Notes: generated by a model not told the origin, from the sequence alone. Positions 32,043 to 43,251 are shown, counted from the stretch's first letter. The stretch: 64,000 nucleotides of DNA from Candidatus Latescibacterota bacterium (GCA_965217865.1 CBDCJO010000002.1:3456001-3520000), one strand, 5' to 3'. Numbers and translations: made by a program.

Positions 32043-32398
32043 CAGCCCCCTTCCGTACCCGGCGGGACATCGTCCCCCGTCCCCGCTTTCCAGGATCAGT
32101 CCAGCTTTTCCCGCCCGCCGTCGTTTCGCTATTGACCTAATATCCATGATGTCATATCATACCTGTCCAAAATCGGTTTTTTCTTTGGACAGCATCTTTG
32201 GCCAGTGCAACCTGGATTTCAGTCTGCCAGAGGGCAGTGTGTAAAAACAGTCACTTGCTTGTCCAAAAAAGGCCAATTCTGATTTATCTTGGACAGCAGT
32301 GTATATTAAATGGATCCTTCGCCCACCTAAATTCTGATCAGGGCGATCGGGAAGGGGGGTTGATCGAAAAATCGAGTTATGAAAAGGAGGAGACCGAT

Positions 32399-32695
32399 AT
32401 GCTGACAAAGCCCGAGATGACAGAGCACATCAGATCGCGTTTCAGGAACGCGAAAGAACGGGCGGGCGTGTTGGTTAGGGCCTTTAGGGTTCGGGTGGAG
32501 ATCCTCGCAACCCGAAGACGCCTTCGGGCAAGATTCGCCGAGATGGGTGAAGAGATTTACGAAGGGATGAAGACCGGATCTCAGGATTTGGGGGGTGTAC
32601 CGCGTGTGGTATCTCTGAAGGTCCGCATCGATGGCCTTAAGTCAGAGTTGTCCGGCCTTGAGGAAAAACTGAAGAACGTCCTGGAGGGGGCCTGA
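32399..32695 (+). CDS. Small coiled-coil hypothetical protein
   Basis: AAGGAGG RBS then ATG. Confidence 0.6.
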   Translation: MLTKPEMTEHIRSRFRNAKERAGVLVRAFRVRVEILATRRRLRARFAEMGEEIYEGMKTGSQDLGGVPRVVSLKVRIDGLKSELSGLEEKLKNVLEGA

Positions 32696-32788
32696 TGGAG
32701 GACTGCTTCGGAAAGCCGGCGCGGGTGAGGTAAGAAATCGAACTGTAACGAAGTTGTCGGGGGACTGGCATTTTGAATGGAGGATGCA

Positions 32789-35650
32789 ATGCAATGTAGG
32801 TTGATCGCTGTGTTGTGGATGCTGTATGTTGGTATGTGGCCGGTGGAAGCCGAGGGGAAAGGCGTGTTGATGGGGAAGGTCGTGGACGATCGGGGAAAGG
32901 TTTTGCCCGGGGCGACTGTTGTGGTGCAAGGGCATGCGCTTTCCCGGCCGACGGGCGCGATCGTGAGTTCTCAAGGCGCGTATCGCATTGAATTGCCGGC
33001 AGGCACCTACACCATCGGGGTTTCGTTTGTGGGTTACGGTAAGGTTGAAGGCACCAATGTAGTGATCGATTCGGGGGCCACCGTGACGCTGGATTTCACC
33101 CTTGTTGCCGAGGCTCTGATGGGACAACAAATCGTGGTATCGATTTCGCGAAGAAAGGAAAAGGCGCTGGATGCGCCGGCTTCCGTGGCGGTGGTCGATG
33201 CGGCTGACATCAGGGACCGGCAGGCCCTTTCGATCGGCGACTATGTGAAAGCGATGCCGGGCGTGGACCACTCCAAGACGGGGTTGGCGCAGAACAATAC
33301 GGTGATCCGGGGGTTTAACAATGTTTTTTCGGGGACGGTCTTGATGCTGGTGGACAACCGGATCGCCCGGGTGCCTTCGCTGCGGGTCAATGCCAACCAT
33401 TTTATTCCTACCACGGGAGAGGATATCGAGCGCATCGAACTGGTGTTGGGGCCGGGGTCTGCGCTTTATGGGCCCAACAGTGCCAACGGGGTAATGCATA
33501 TCATTACCCGGTCTCCTTTCGGGTCGGAAGGCAACTCGATTTCGGTTTCAGGTGGGGAGCGAAGCTTGCGAAAGGTATCTCTAAGGCATGCCAGCAGCTT
33601 TGACAACAAGATCGGGATCAAGATATCCGGTGAGCACTATGCTGGAAATGATTGGAAGTATGTCGATCCGGTGGAAGTCCAGGCCCGGGGATCCAACCCG
33701 CGAAACTACGATATGGAACGCCAAGCCGGTGAGGTGCGACTGGATTTTCGGCCCAGAGATGAGTTGATGTTGATTGCAACGGGGGGATATACCAGAACAA
33801 CCAACATTGCGTTGACCGGACAGGGTGCCGGACAGGCCGACGATTGGATCTACTCTTTTGCACAAGGCCGGCTGCTTTACAAGGGCTGGTTCGCCCAGGT
33901 TTTTTACAACAAAAGCGACGCGGGCGAAACGCGATTGCTCAGGACGAACAGTCCGATCGTGGACAAATCGTCGCTGACGGTGTTTCAGCTCCAGCACAGT
34001 GCCGGTCCGGGAACGCGGCAGCAGTTTACTTATGGGGTCGATGCGTTGTGGACCCGGCCGAAGACCGGCGGCACGATCCACGGGCAAAATGAAACGGACG
34101 ACGATGTTAACGAATACGGCGTTTACCTTCAGAGTGAGACGAGCCTGAATGATCGGGTGGACGTGGTTTTAGCCGGACGGGTGGACGGGCACAATCACGT
34201 TGAAGATCCGGTCTTTTCGCCCCGGGCGGCTCTGGTTTTCAAGCCCGGTCCGGCGCACACACTGCGGTTTACGTACAACCGGGCCTTTGGTACCCCTTCG
34301 AGCCCGAATCTGTTTCTGGATCTGGTGGCCAGCCCGGATGCGTTTTCACTGGGACGGAACTTCAGTCCGTCGCTGGGGTTCAATCCGGCGGTTGATGTGC
34401 GGACCCAGGGGTCTACGGAAGGGTTCACGTTTCGGCGGGATGGAAACGGGTTACCGATGTTCCGGTCATCGTTTGCGCCGGTTGCAGGGTTGTCCAAAGA
34501 GCACTATTTTCCGTTGCACGATCCTCAGTTCACAAATGTGATGTGGAGCGTTGGCCGTGCGGCGGTACTGGCTCAATTGGTGCCGCAGCTGACCCAGGTG
34601 GCCACCGGCGCGATGACACGGCAGATGGTTGCCGCCGGTTTGGCGCCCGATCAGGCACGGGCTCAAGCTGCACAGCAAGCCGCAGGGCTGGCGGCTGCTT
34701 TTCCAGGCATTGTGCCGACGGTGTTGACGGGGCTCCAAAATGCGGTGGCAAAATTGAATCTGCAAACTACGGAATTTGATCCGGTGGCGAGTCTGACCAA
34801 TGCCGTCGAGGATCTCAAAAGAATTGATCCGACGATCACCGAGACGTTTGAGGTAGGCTACAAGGGGGTTGTGCAGAACAAGCTGATTCTGGCTGCCGAT
34901 TTCTACCGGACCCGAATCCGGGACTTCGTAGGGCCGTTGCGGATTGAAACCCCCAATGTGTTTTTGGAACCGGCGTCACTGCGCGCAGGATTGTCAACAG
35001 CGTTTGGTCAAGCGCTGCAGGACCCGGCAAATGCTCAACTGGCAGAGGCTCTGGCAGCGCTGGATGCGCCCACACTGGGTGGAAATGGAAATGGGTCAGT
35101 GGTAGACGAACTGACCACAACGTTTACGACCAATACGGCGAGAATCCCGTATGGGACCATCACGGCCGAACAGGCAACCGATCCAGTGGCCGTGATGCTG
35201 ACCTATCGAAATTTTGGCAAGGTGACGATCTACGGCGCGGATCTGGCCTTTGCCTATTATCCCGACGATGCCTGGACGGTTACGGGAAACTTTTCGTATG
35301 TTAGCGAAGATCTGTTTCCAAATCTGGACAACCTCGGAGATGTTGCGTTGAATGCGCCCACCCGGAAATTCAACCTCGGCATCGAATACAAAGTGCCCAA
35401 TACCCGTTTGAGCCTGGGTGGGGAAGTGCGTTATCGAGGGAAATTCCCGATGAGTTCGGGCGTGTTTGTCGGACCTGTGGATTCTTATGCCGTGGTGGAT
35501 GGGAACGCCGCCTACGAAATTCCTATGGGGCAGGCGCGTGTGACGTTGAGTTTGGATGCCAGCAACCTTCTGAACCGAAAATACCGGTCTTTTGTGGGGG
35601 CGCCGGAAATTGGACGGCTGGTGTCGGCAGGATTGACGGTTCGTTTCTGA
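32789..35650 (+). CDS. TonB-dependent receptor with N-terminal carboxypeptidase-regulatory-like domain
   Basis: Signal peptide, SFVGY, IERIELVLGPGSALYG.N..NGV plug motif, terminal Phe. Confidence 0.93.
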   Translation: MQCRLIAVLWMLYVGMWPVEAEGKGVLMGKVVDDRGKVLPGATVVVQGHALSRPTGAIVSSQGAYRIELPAGTYTIGVSFVGYGKVEGTNVVIDSGATVTLDFTLVAEALMGQQIVVSISRRKEKALDAPASVAVVDAADIRDRQALSIGDYVKAMPGVDHSKTGLAQNNTVIRGFNNVFSGTVLMLVDNRIARVPSLRVNANHFIPTTGEDIERIELVLGPGSALYGPNSANGVMHIITRSPFGSEGNSISVSGGERSLRKVSLRHASSFDNKIGIKISGEHYAGNDWKYVDPVEVQARGSNPRNYDMERQAGEVRLDFRPRDELMLIATGGYTRTTNIALTGQGAGQADDWIYSFAQGRLLYKGWFAQVFYNKSDAGETRLLRTNSPIVDKSSLTVFQLQHSAGPGTRQQFTYGVDALWTRPKTGGTIHGQNETDDDVNEYGVYLQSETSLNDRVDVVLAGRVDGHNHVEDPVFSPRAALVFKPGPAHTLRFTYNRAFGTPSSPNLFLDLVASPDAFSLGRNFSPSLGFNPAVDVRTQGSTEGFTFRRDGNGLPMFRSSFAPVAGLSKEHYFPLHDPQFTNVMWSVGRAAVLAQLVPQLTQVATGAMTRQMVAAGLAPDQARAQAAQQAAGLAAAFPGIVPTVLTGLQNAVAKLNLQTTEFDPVASLTNAVEDLKRIDPTITETFEVGYKGVVQNKLILAADFYRTRIRDFVGPLRIETPNVFLEPASLRAGLSTAFGQALQDPANAQLAEALAALDAPTLGGNGNGSVVDELTTTFTTNTARIPYGTITAEQATDPVAVMLTYRNFGKVTIYGADLAFAYYPDDAWTVTGNFSYVSEDLFPNLDNLGDVALNAPTRKFNLGIEYKVPNTRLSLGGEVRYRGKFPMSSGVFVGPVDSYAVVDGNAAYEIPMGQARVTLSLDASNLLNRKYRSFVGAPEIGRLVSAGLTVRF

Positions 35651-35696
35651 ATCGCAGAGGGCCAACGATCCCCTCGGCCCGACCCCGGGAGGTCAA

Positions 35697-36779
35697 GTGG
35701 TCAACAAGATCAACGAGGTCGACTTCAACAACCTGAGCGAACGCCAGCATTTCGGCGACATCTACGAACAGATCCTCAACGACCTGCAATCGGCGGGCAA
35801 TGCGGGCGAGTACTACACGCCCCGCGCCGTCACCGCCTTTATGGTGGACCGCATCGACCCGAAACCGGGCGAGACCCTGTTTGACCCCGCCTGCGGCACC
35901 GGCGGCTTCCTGACCTGTTCTTTGCGCCACATGCGTGATCGCTACGTCAAGCGGCCCGAGGATGAGCAGACCATGCAGGCAGCCCTGCGCGCCGTAGAGA
36001 AGAAGCAGCTTCCACACATGCTCTGCGTCACCAACATGCTACTGAACGGCATCGAGGATCCGGGCTTCGTCCGCCACGACAACACCCTGGCCCGTCCCTA
36101 TATCGGCTGGGGGCGGAGGGACCGGGTGGACATTGTGCTCACCAATCCGCCTTTTGGCGGCAAGGAAGAAGACGGCATCGAGAGCAACTTCCCGCAGTAC
36201 TTCCGGACCAAGGAAACGGCGGACCTGTTCCTGGCCTTGATTGTCCGCCTGCTGAAGCCGACTGGTCGCGCTGCCGTGGTTTTGCCCGACGGTACGCTGT
36301 TCGGCGAAGGCGTCAAGACGCGGCTCAAGGAGCATCTGATGGAGGAGTGCAACCTGCACACCATCGTTCGCCTTCCGAACTCCGTGTTCCGTCCCTATGC
36401 TTCCATCGGCACCAACCTGCTGTTCTTCGAGAAGGGTGAGCCGACCGGGGACATCTGGTTCTACGAGCACCGCGTGCCCGAAGGCCAGAAGGCTTATTCC
36501 ATGACCAAGCCGATTCGGCTGGAACATCTGCAGGGCTGCATCGACTGGTGGGGCGGGGTGGACCGCAAGGGCCGCGAAGAGACCGAACGTGCCTGGAAGG
36601 TGACGGCGGATGAGGTCAAGGAGCGCGACTACAACCTGGACATCAAGAACCCGCACATGCGGGAAGACGATCACGGCGATCCGGTGGAGCTTCTGGAGAA
36701 ACTGACCGCCGCTGAGGCCGAGACGGCAGACTTGCGGAATCGGTTGAAGGCAATTCTGGCTGAGGTGCTGACCCAATGA
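35697..36779 (+). pseudogene. hsdM: Type I R-M methyltransferase HsdM, N-terminally truncated
   Basis: GEYYTPR, DPACGTGGFL, NPPF; starts mid-protein ~45 bp after the TonB receptor stop. Confidence 0.88.
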
Positions 36780-38464
36780 ACGCCGACCAACTGCTCGCTC
36801 ATTACGAACGGATCGCCGACGCGCCCGACGCGATCATGCGCTTGCGCCGCTTCATTCTCGACTTGGCCGTGCTTGGCAAGCTGGTGGAGCAGGACCCGAA
36901 CGACGAACCGGCGGCCATCTTGTTGGCAGGAGGAAAGCGATGTAAACCGCAAAAATCTCGCCACGCAGACACTCCCGGTTGGCTGGTCTTTCCTGTTGGC
37001 GCGTTGTTGGAATTTCGATACGGCAAAGGGAAGAAGGCCAGCGAACGAATAAATGAAGGACCGGTACCAGTATTCGGATCAAATGGGATCGTAGGGTACT
37101 GCGAGACACCGCTGACCGAAGCTCCGTCGATAATAGTGGGTCGCAAGGGTTCAGCCGGTGCGCTTAACCTGTGCAACGGCTCATCGTGGACCACGGACGT
37201 TGCCTACTTCGTAGAAGCACCTAACTTCTTCGATCTCCGGTACCTGTTGATTGGACTCCAGGCGCTCCATCTCGAATCACTCGGAAAGGGTGTCAAACCG
37301 GGCTTAAGTCGTTCCGACGTTTACGATCTGCCGCTAAGCGTTCCACCCCTCGCCGAACAACACCGTATCGTCGACAAGGTCGATGAACTCATGGTCCTGT
37401 GCAACCGGCTGGAGGAGGCGCGCACAGAACGTGAGGAGACGCGCGACCGGTTGTCGGTGGCAAGCCTTGACCGCCTCAATGCGCCCGATCCCGACCTGGG
37501 GGTATTTCAGAACCACGCTGCCTTCGCCCTCGACAACCTCATCCCGCTCACCACACGCCCCGACCAGATCAAGGCCCTGCGCCAGGCCATCCTTAACCTC
37601 GCAGTGCGCGGCAAGCTGGTGCCACAGAACCCGAACGACGAACCGGCGGCGGAGTTGCTGAAGCGGATTGAGTCAGAGAAGGCGCGGCTGGTGAAGGCGG
37701 GGGTGATTAGGAGGCCGAAAGTTCCGGTATTGCTTAGCGGTGATGAGCTTCCGTTCCACCTACCTAGAGCATGGGCGTGGACTCAGATCGCAGAACTTGG
37801 CGTGATCAGTCCGCGCAATGATTCTCGTGACGATCACGTAGCATCCTTCGTTCCGATGCCTATGATTCCAGCAGAATATGGCGCTACGAACGTTCACGAG
37901 CCCCGCCAGTGGGGTGAGATCAAGAAGGGCTACACTCATTTTGCCGAGGGCGATGTCGGGCTGGCAAAAATCACGCCGTGCTTTGAGAATGGTAAATCCA
38001 TCGTCTTCCGCAATCTGACTGGCGGCATTGGGAGTGGCACGACCGAGTTGCATGTCGTATGTCCTATCTTTGTGGATGCTGACTACATCGTACTGTTTCT
38101 GAAGACCCCACACTTCATTGAGACGGGTATCCCGAGGATGACAGGCACAGCGGGTCAAAAACGCGTGCCAGCAGAGTACTTCGCGAACTCACCATTCCCT
38201 CTCCCGCCCCTCGCCGAACAACACCACATCGTGGCCAAGGTCGATGAACTCATGGCCCTGTGTGACCGACTGAAGACGAGCCTTGCCACCGGCGACGAAA
38301 CTCGCCGTTGCCTGTTTGACGCGCTATTGCACGAAGCGCTGTCGCCGAACAAAGAGGAAATCCGGCAGAATATCTCCACGATCGCTCAAGAACTGCCGGA
38401 TGAAACGCCCGGATCACCCAAAGTGCTGACCGAGCCAACACCGATCCGTACGTCACTTGAATGA
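36776..38464 (+). CDS. hsdS: Type I R-M specificity subunit
   Basis: Two TRDs with repeated PPLAEQH.IV.KVDELM.LC and GKLV.Q.PNDEPA. Confidence 0.93.
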   Translation: MNADQLLAHYERIADAPDAIMRLRRFILDLAVLGKLVEQDPNDEPAAILLAGGKRCKPQKSRHADTPGWLVFPVGALLEFRYGKGKKASERINEGPVPVFGSNGIVGYCETPLTEAPSIIVGRKGSAGALNLCNGSSWTTDVAYFVEAPNFFDLRYLLIGLQALHLESLGKGVKPGLSRSDVYDLPLSVPPLAEQHRIVDKVDELMVLCNRLEEARTEREETRDRLSVASLDRLNAPDPDLGVFQNHAAFALDNLIPLTTRPDQIKALRQAILNLAVRGKLVPQNPNDEPAAELLKRIESEKARLVKAGVIRRPKVPVLLSGDELPFHLPRAWAWTQIAELGVISPRNDSRDDHVASFVPMPMIPAEYGATNVHEPRQWGEIKKGYTHFAEGDVGLAKITPCFENGKSIVFRNLTGGIGSGTTELHVVCPIFVDADYIVLFLKTPHFIETGIPRMTGTAGQKRVPAEYFANSPFPLPPLAEQHHIVAKVDELMALCDRLKTSLATGDETRRCLFDALLHEALSPNKEEIRQNISTIAQELPDETPGSPKVLTEPTPIRTSLE

Positions 38465-39838
38465 GCCTTCCAGACATCAATTTCGAGAATATCCGCTCGT
38501 TCGACGGAAGCCGCCACGCCGGGTTTGAGAAAATGTGTTGCCAACTCGCCTCTTTGGAACCAGCACCCACGGGAGATAAATTCTATCCAAAAGGCCGAGG
38601 CGGCGACGCTGGTGTCGAATGCTACCGCCGCCGTGCAGACGGGAAGGAAGTCGGATGGCAAGCCAAGTATCTCTTTAGCTGGAATGCAAGCCCGGCAGCA
38701 CAGCTTGACGATTCAATACGCACGGCGTTGAATAAGCACCCGAATCTCGTTGAGTACATCGTCTGCCTTCCGTTCGATCTTCCCGATTCCCGAACCGGCA
38801 AGGGCAAGACCGCACAAGAGAAGTGGGACGCTTGGTGCGCGAAATGGAAGGAGTTCGCCACATCGCGGAAGCGTGACCTAACTATCAGGCTGTGGGGCAA
38901 GAGCGAACTCAGCCTTCGTCTGGTGAGAGAGGACCCTGCCCACTCTGGTCGCCTTCTCTACTGGTTCGGCCGCGAGGCCCTCACAGCGGATTGGTTCAAG
39001 GAGCAATTTGGCAAGGCACGGGCATCACTGGGCAGCCGATACACTTCCGAAACAAACGTTGAACTCCCAATTAGACAAGACCTCCTCGCCTTTGCGCGCC
39101 ATCCTGATCTTCAGAAGCAGATCGATGGGTGGTTTTTCCATGTCATCGAGAAAGGAAGCAATGCAGTAAGAGCCATACGCAGAACGGGTGCGGAGGCAGC
39201 TAAAACCCATTCCGATCCTCTGGCTGAAGCAATTCGTGCGTTGACGTCTTTGCTTGACGGGGATCCGATCGGTCCCGACCAACCCTATCCCGTAAACGAT
39301 TGGGCTTCCGAAGCTTCAAACTGTCTCAATCTTGCTGGAAAGGCACTTCGCTGGTCCTACGACCTTCCGTCTTCCAAACCCGATAGTATGGGTATCAGGC
39401 CCGAACGCGAGGCGCAACATGACCTCCATGAACTGATGGAGGTGTTGCATGAAATCGAGAGTGTAGTCGCTTCGAACCGTTGGCAGCTAAGCAATAGGAA
39501 GGCGGTTCTTCTGCAAGGCCCGGCGGGGATCGGTAAGTCCCATTTGCTTGCCGACATCGTGGAGCACCATCTTCACGAAGGCGGGCAGGCGCTGCTCCTT
39601 CTTGGCGGTGATTTTATCGACAATGAGCCGTGGCCGCAGATTCGCGACCAACTCGATCTCCCACCAACGGAGCAGTTCAAGCACTTCCTCGGGAGTCTGG
39701 ACGCAGCAGCGCAGGCCGTCGGCATGAGAGCAATTCTGTGCATCGATGCTTTGAACGAACGCAACGGCGTTAATGTCTGGCCGCAGCGTCTCGCAGCCTT
39801 TCTCAATACTTTCGAGGCTTTCCCGCGAGTCGGCGTTA
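38461..39838 (+). pseudogene. Avs2-like STAND NTPase with N-terminal nuclease domain, truncated after Walker B
   Basis: FE..CCQLA, GGDAGVE, QAKY nuclease-like motifs; GPAGIGKSHLL; IDALNE; then abrupt break. Confidence 0.7.
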
Positions 39839-40228
39839 TACAACGCGAACACCCTGGCCAACATCGCGGCAGACCGGGCCGGCCTTCTCGGAAGAAAACA
39901 GGATCTCCGGGGCAGCAGAGTGGCCACGATCCACGCCGTCAAAAAGCGATTCTTCGAGGTTCTTCAGGCGGAGAAGCTGTTGGCGTTGAACCAGGAATCG
40001 GTTCGCACGGCGGAGGAATCCCTCCGTCGCTCGAAGACCATGTATGAGATCGGATCGGTGGCGTATCGGACGTGCTGAAGGCCAGGTCCGCTCTCGAAGC
40101 CCTGAAGGTGACCGTGATCACCCAGGACAACGAGATGAAGATCGCTCGGTCAAACCTGGCTTTCGTTCTCGGGATTGACGTCAACCGTTCGATTCGGCTG
40201 AAAGCCGGTGACCTCACCGTCGACCGTC
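39839..40228 (+). pseudogene. TolC-family outer-membrane protein internal fragment, frameshifted
   Basis: VKKRFFEVLQA, MYEIGSV..SDVLKA, ARSNLAFVLG. Confidence 0.7.
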
Positions 40229-40258
40229 AAAGGTGAGTTCGTCCTAAAAACGATTTCT

Positions 40259-40382
40259 CTTATAGCAAGGAATCTACGAAGACATACGGGTTTCTTTTTG
40301 GTGGGGAGGTATCTGCGAAGTGCGGGAGATATGCTGAAATGGTGGAATCTGCGTAATGGTTCGTGGATTCCGTAAGTTAGCT
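40259..40382 (+). other. attC-like site (R'' box degenerate)
   Basis: TATAGC-AA-GGAATCTACGAA ... TTCGTGGATTCC-GTAA-GTTAGCT; arms 40269-40280 and 40360-40371 pair. Confidence 0.6.
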
Positions 40383-40433
40383 GCAATTGTGGCCATCGTA
40401 GCTGCTGCCTTCCTGCCCGCCTTGAAAATCTTA

Positions 40434-40473
40434 TTGACAAGCCCAGTACCTTGAGAGTATATTATATTATAAT
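40434..40473 (+). promoter_or_regulatory. Sigma70-like promoter inside the putative cassette
   Basis: TTGACA followed by AT-rich TATATATTATTATAAT. Confidence 0.5.
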
Positions 40474-40593
40474 CATCGCGTGAAGGGCGCGACCGAGTCC
40501 ACAAAAAGGGTCTTACCCACCTTCCCTTCCTCCTTCGAACCTTCTTTCGCTCTGTTGATGTGGACAACAGAGGAGCGATGAAAGGGGTTCGTT

Positions 40594-41301
40594 ATGCACA
40601 AGAGGTTGTCCCGTCGTCCCAGTGTTGAGTTCTACCATAAGCAGGCGAATCGGTTTCTCAAGGCGCATCGGAAGGGTGATGCGGAGATTCGCAACCGACT
40701 CTTTGCGTCCCTTCCCGAATTGGGAAACGTGACGGAAAAGGGTAAACTCGCAACGCGGTTGAGTCTCAAGGACATGCTTCGAATGATCGCGCTGGAGCAC
40801 GGTTTCAGAACGTGGGCGGATATGAAGAGGGAGATTGTCAGCAGACGTATCATTGCGCTCCCTGCATTCTCAAGTATTGCTGGTGGACTCTACGAGCAGA
40901 GAATAATGGTAATAATGAAGCATGTGGCGAAGGCCAGCATGCACTGGGGTGAGGCGCTCAAGTACACGGAAGTGACATATGATCGTGTGAGGTTCACTGA
41001 GGAAGGCAGGATTGGAGCAGTGATCTGCCACGCGGAACGGTCCCGAGTACGGGACATAGAGGTAGCACCAAGTGATGAGATGTCAAGCTGGCGCTTTTCG
41101 GATGCACGCGATGGTGAAGAATTCTACGTGGGTGGTACAACATTGCATCTGAGCGATAGATTGCAGTCGCATCCGTCGCAAAAGGTGAGGTCTCTGGCGG
41201 CTCAGCACCGGCGGGATAACAGAGCAGGAAGGGGAACAAACCAACAGCTCGATGAGCTCTTGGCAGCAGTGACCGAGTCGGAGGTACCTGCGGCCAGCTA
41301 A
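40594..41301 (+). CDS. Hypothetical cassette protein
   Basis: N-terminal PSVEFYHKQA..FLKAHR...IALEHGF.TW motif, of the kind often seen ahead of ankyrin repeats; unknown C-terminal domain. Confidence 0.65.
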   Translation: MHKRLSRRPSVEFYHKQANRFLKAHRKGDAEIRNRLFASLPELGNVTEKGKLATRLSLKDMLRMIALEHGFRTWADMKREIVSRRIIALPAFSSIAGGLYEQRIMVIMKHVAKASMHWGEALKYTEVTYDRVRFTEEGRIGAVICHAERSRVRDIEVAPSDEMSSWRFSDARDGEEFYVGGTTLHLSDRLQSHPSQKVRSLAAQHRRDNRAGRGTNQQLDELLAAVTESEVPAAS

Positions 41302-41462
41302 GTCCGTGTTGCCGCTCAGTTCCCGCATTAAATAATTTGATCTCATAGAATATTCCCGCCAGGTGTTCCACTCTTGGCGGGGATTTCTATATTAAGCAAA
41401 CGTGAATGCTTTGTACCGCCCCCATCCTGGCGGGGTGGAAGATTAGATTGGGATCCACAACA

Positions 41463-43161
41463 GCAGCTAACAGCACGCTCCCGGCTCGCTAACGCTCTAC
41501 CCAAATGGCCACGGGCTTAACTTTTCGTCGATCGGAAGACAATTTATCTTTTCGGCAGGCGTGGCCATTTTGTATCTATTCTGAGATAACAAGAGAAAAG
41601 CAGATAAAGGTCCAAGCAAGATTCAGGCAGCCTTGTGGATGGTCTGGGATGTTCTTTGCCGATTGATTTCTATGCGGCGCTGCCGAGCCTCCTCCTTTCG
41701 ACCTTGTCGGTGGTGAAGAATCTTTTGATGCTGGCCTTTATGCCTCTGAAGAGGCGTGACATACTGTATTGCCCCGTGATAGCGTTCGGCGTTGTAGCTG
41801 TGAATGAAGGAATCAATCAGGCCTTCCAGTTGATGGAATGTGAAGATGTCCTGGAAGCGCAGCCAGTCGTATTTGAATGTCCGGAAAAAGGCTTCGATCC
41901 AGGCGTTGTCCGTGGGTGTTTGATATCGGGCAAACAGCTGCGAGATGCCCAGGTCCTTGAAGAATTGGGCCATCGATTTGGCCTTCATCTGAGATCCGTG
42001 ATCTGAGAGGGCTGTCAAGCTTATGGGCCCAGTGTCCAGGTCCAGCAGTCCTTCGTTGGCAAGGGCTTGATCCCAGGCCTGTTTGACCTGCTCCACGGTC
42101 GCGTTGAAGGAGAGCTTCCATCCTACGATCTTCCTGGAATACACGTCGAGAATGGCGGTAAAATACAGGAACAAACCGAAAAATGGGATGTAGGTCAGGT
42201 CCCAGCTCCAGACCTGATTAGGACCTTCAGGTTTGACCTGGGGCTTGCTCTGCTTGACCGGCGTCCTCACCTGTTTCCTGCGTGCCAGACGTTCTTTCCT
42301 GGCCTGTCGGTAGAAGCTGGAGGCCGAGGCCTGCACTACCCCCTTCTCTGAGGCTACCACCGCCAGCTGATGGGGAGGCAGATCGGCATAGGTCTCATCC
42401 CTTAAGAGGGCCGAGATTTGCTCTTTCTCCTCCCTCAGCAATCCGTGTGGGGCCTTATCAGGGGCGGGCCCGGGCTTCCCATCCAAAAGCGGGTCCGACA
42501 CCCCATCCAGCTTCTCTTCTCGATCTCGCCGGCTCCAGGCACAATACCGCTGGAGGGGAAGCTGTAGGATCTCGCAAGAACGGGTGAGTTTCACCCCTTT
42601 CTCCTTGGCCCGATGGACCATTAAGAGGATCTCGCGTTTGACCTCAGCTTGCACCCGGTGGCCCTTGATCGGGCCTGTCAGATCCCATTCACACTTTTTT
42701 TTAGCAGGGAAAGTTCCACAGATTGCTCAATGATCGTTTGCTCCAGGCGTGCCCGCTCTTTGCGCAGCTGCTCCACCTCCTCAGCCGATACCATCGGCTT
42801 GCGGCTCCGGCGACCCTTGAACTCCTTGAGGGCCCCGGACTTGACCGACTCACGAATACGCTTTAGATCCGAGGAATGAATGCCCCATTTCCGCAGCACC
42901 TGTGCAATGGGAACATCTCCCCGGCTGGCTTCAAGGAAAATCTCATACTTCTGTTCCGGGGACAAGCTCCTGCGCTTCTTGACCGGGTCACTGTTTGAGG
43001 ACAGTTGCTCCATCTTTACTCCTCCTGTGAGGTCAGGGATATCCCAAAATATGTATCCCTTCTCAACCCTACAGGCAACCAGGATCTTGCTTCGACCTTG
43101 CCCCCGTTTTTTCGGGCGATCTCAGACAAAAGATAATTTCGGGAGCCTGCAAACGTTATCG
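41463..43161 (+). other. attC-like site split by IS insertion (41463-41570 plus 43074-43161)
   Basis: GCAGCTAAC-AGCAC-GCTCCCG at left and CGGGAGC-CTGCAAAC-GTTATCG at right; inner stem CCAAATGGCCACG/CGTGGCCATTT|GG is completed across the IS. Confidence 0.6.
41571..43073 (-). mobile_element. Two-ORF DDE insertion sequence (IS3/IS481-like): orfA 42678-43013, orfB 41623-42654
   Basis: TGTA...TACA ends with weak IR; rve motifs WSWDLTY, SDHGSQ, DNAWIE; no target duplication. Confidence 0.85.
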
Positions 43162-43251
43162 GCAATCGCCCTGTCCCCAACTAAACAGAGCTTATATCGT
43201 GCCGGAGCGGATAGTGACAGTGCTGTTGAATTCTGTTTAGGGAGTCGAGAA

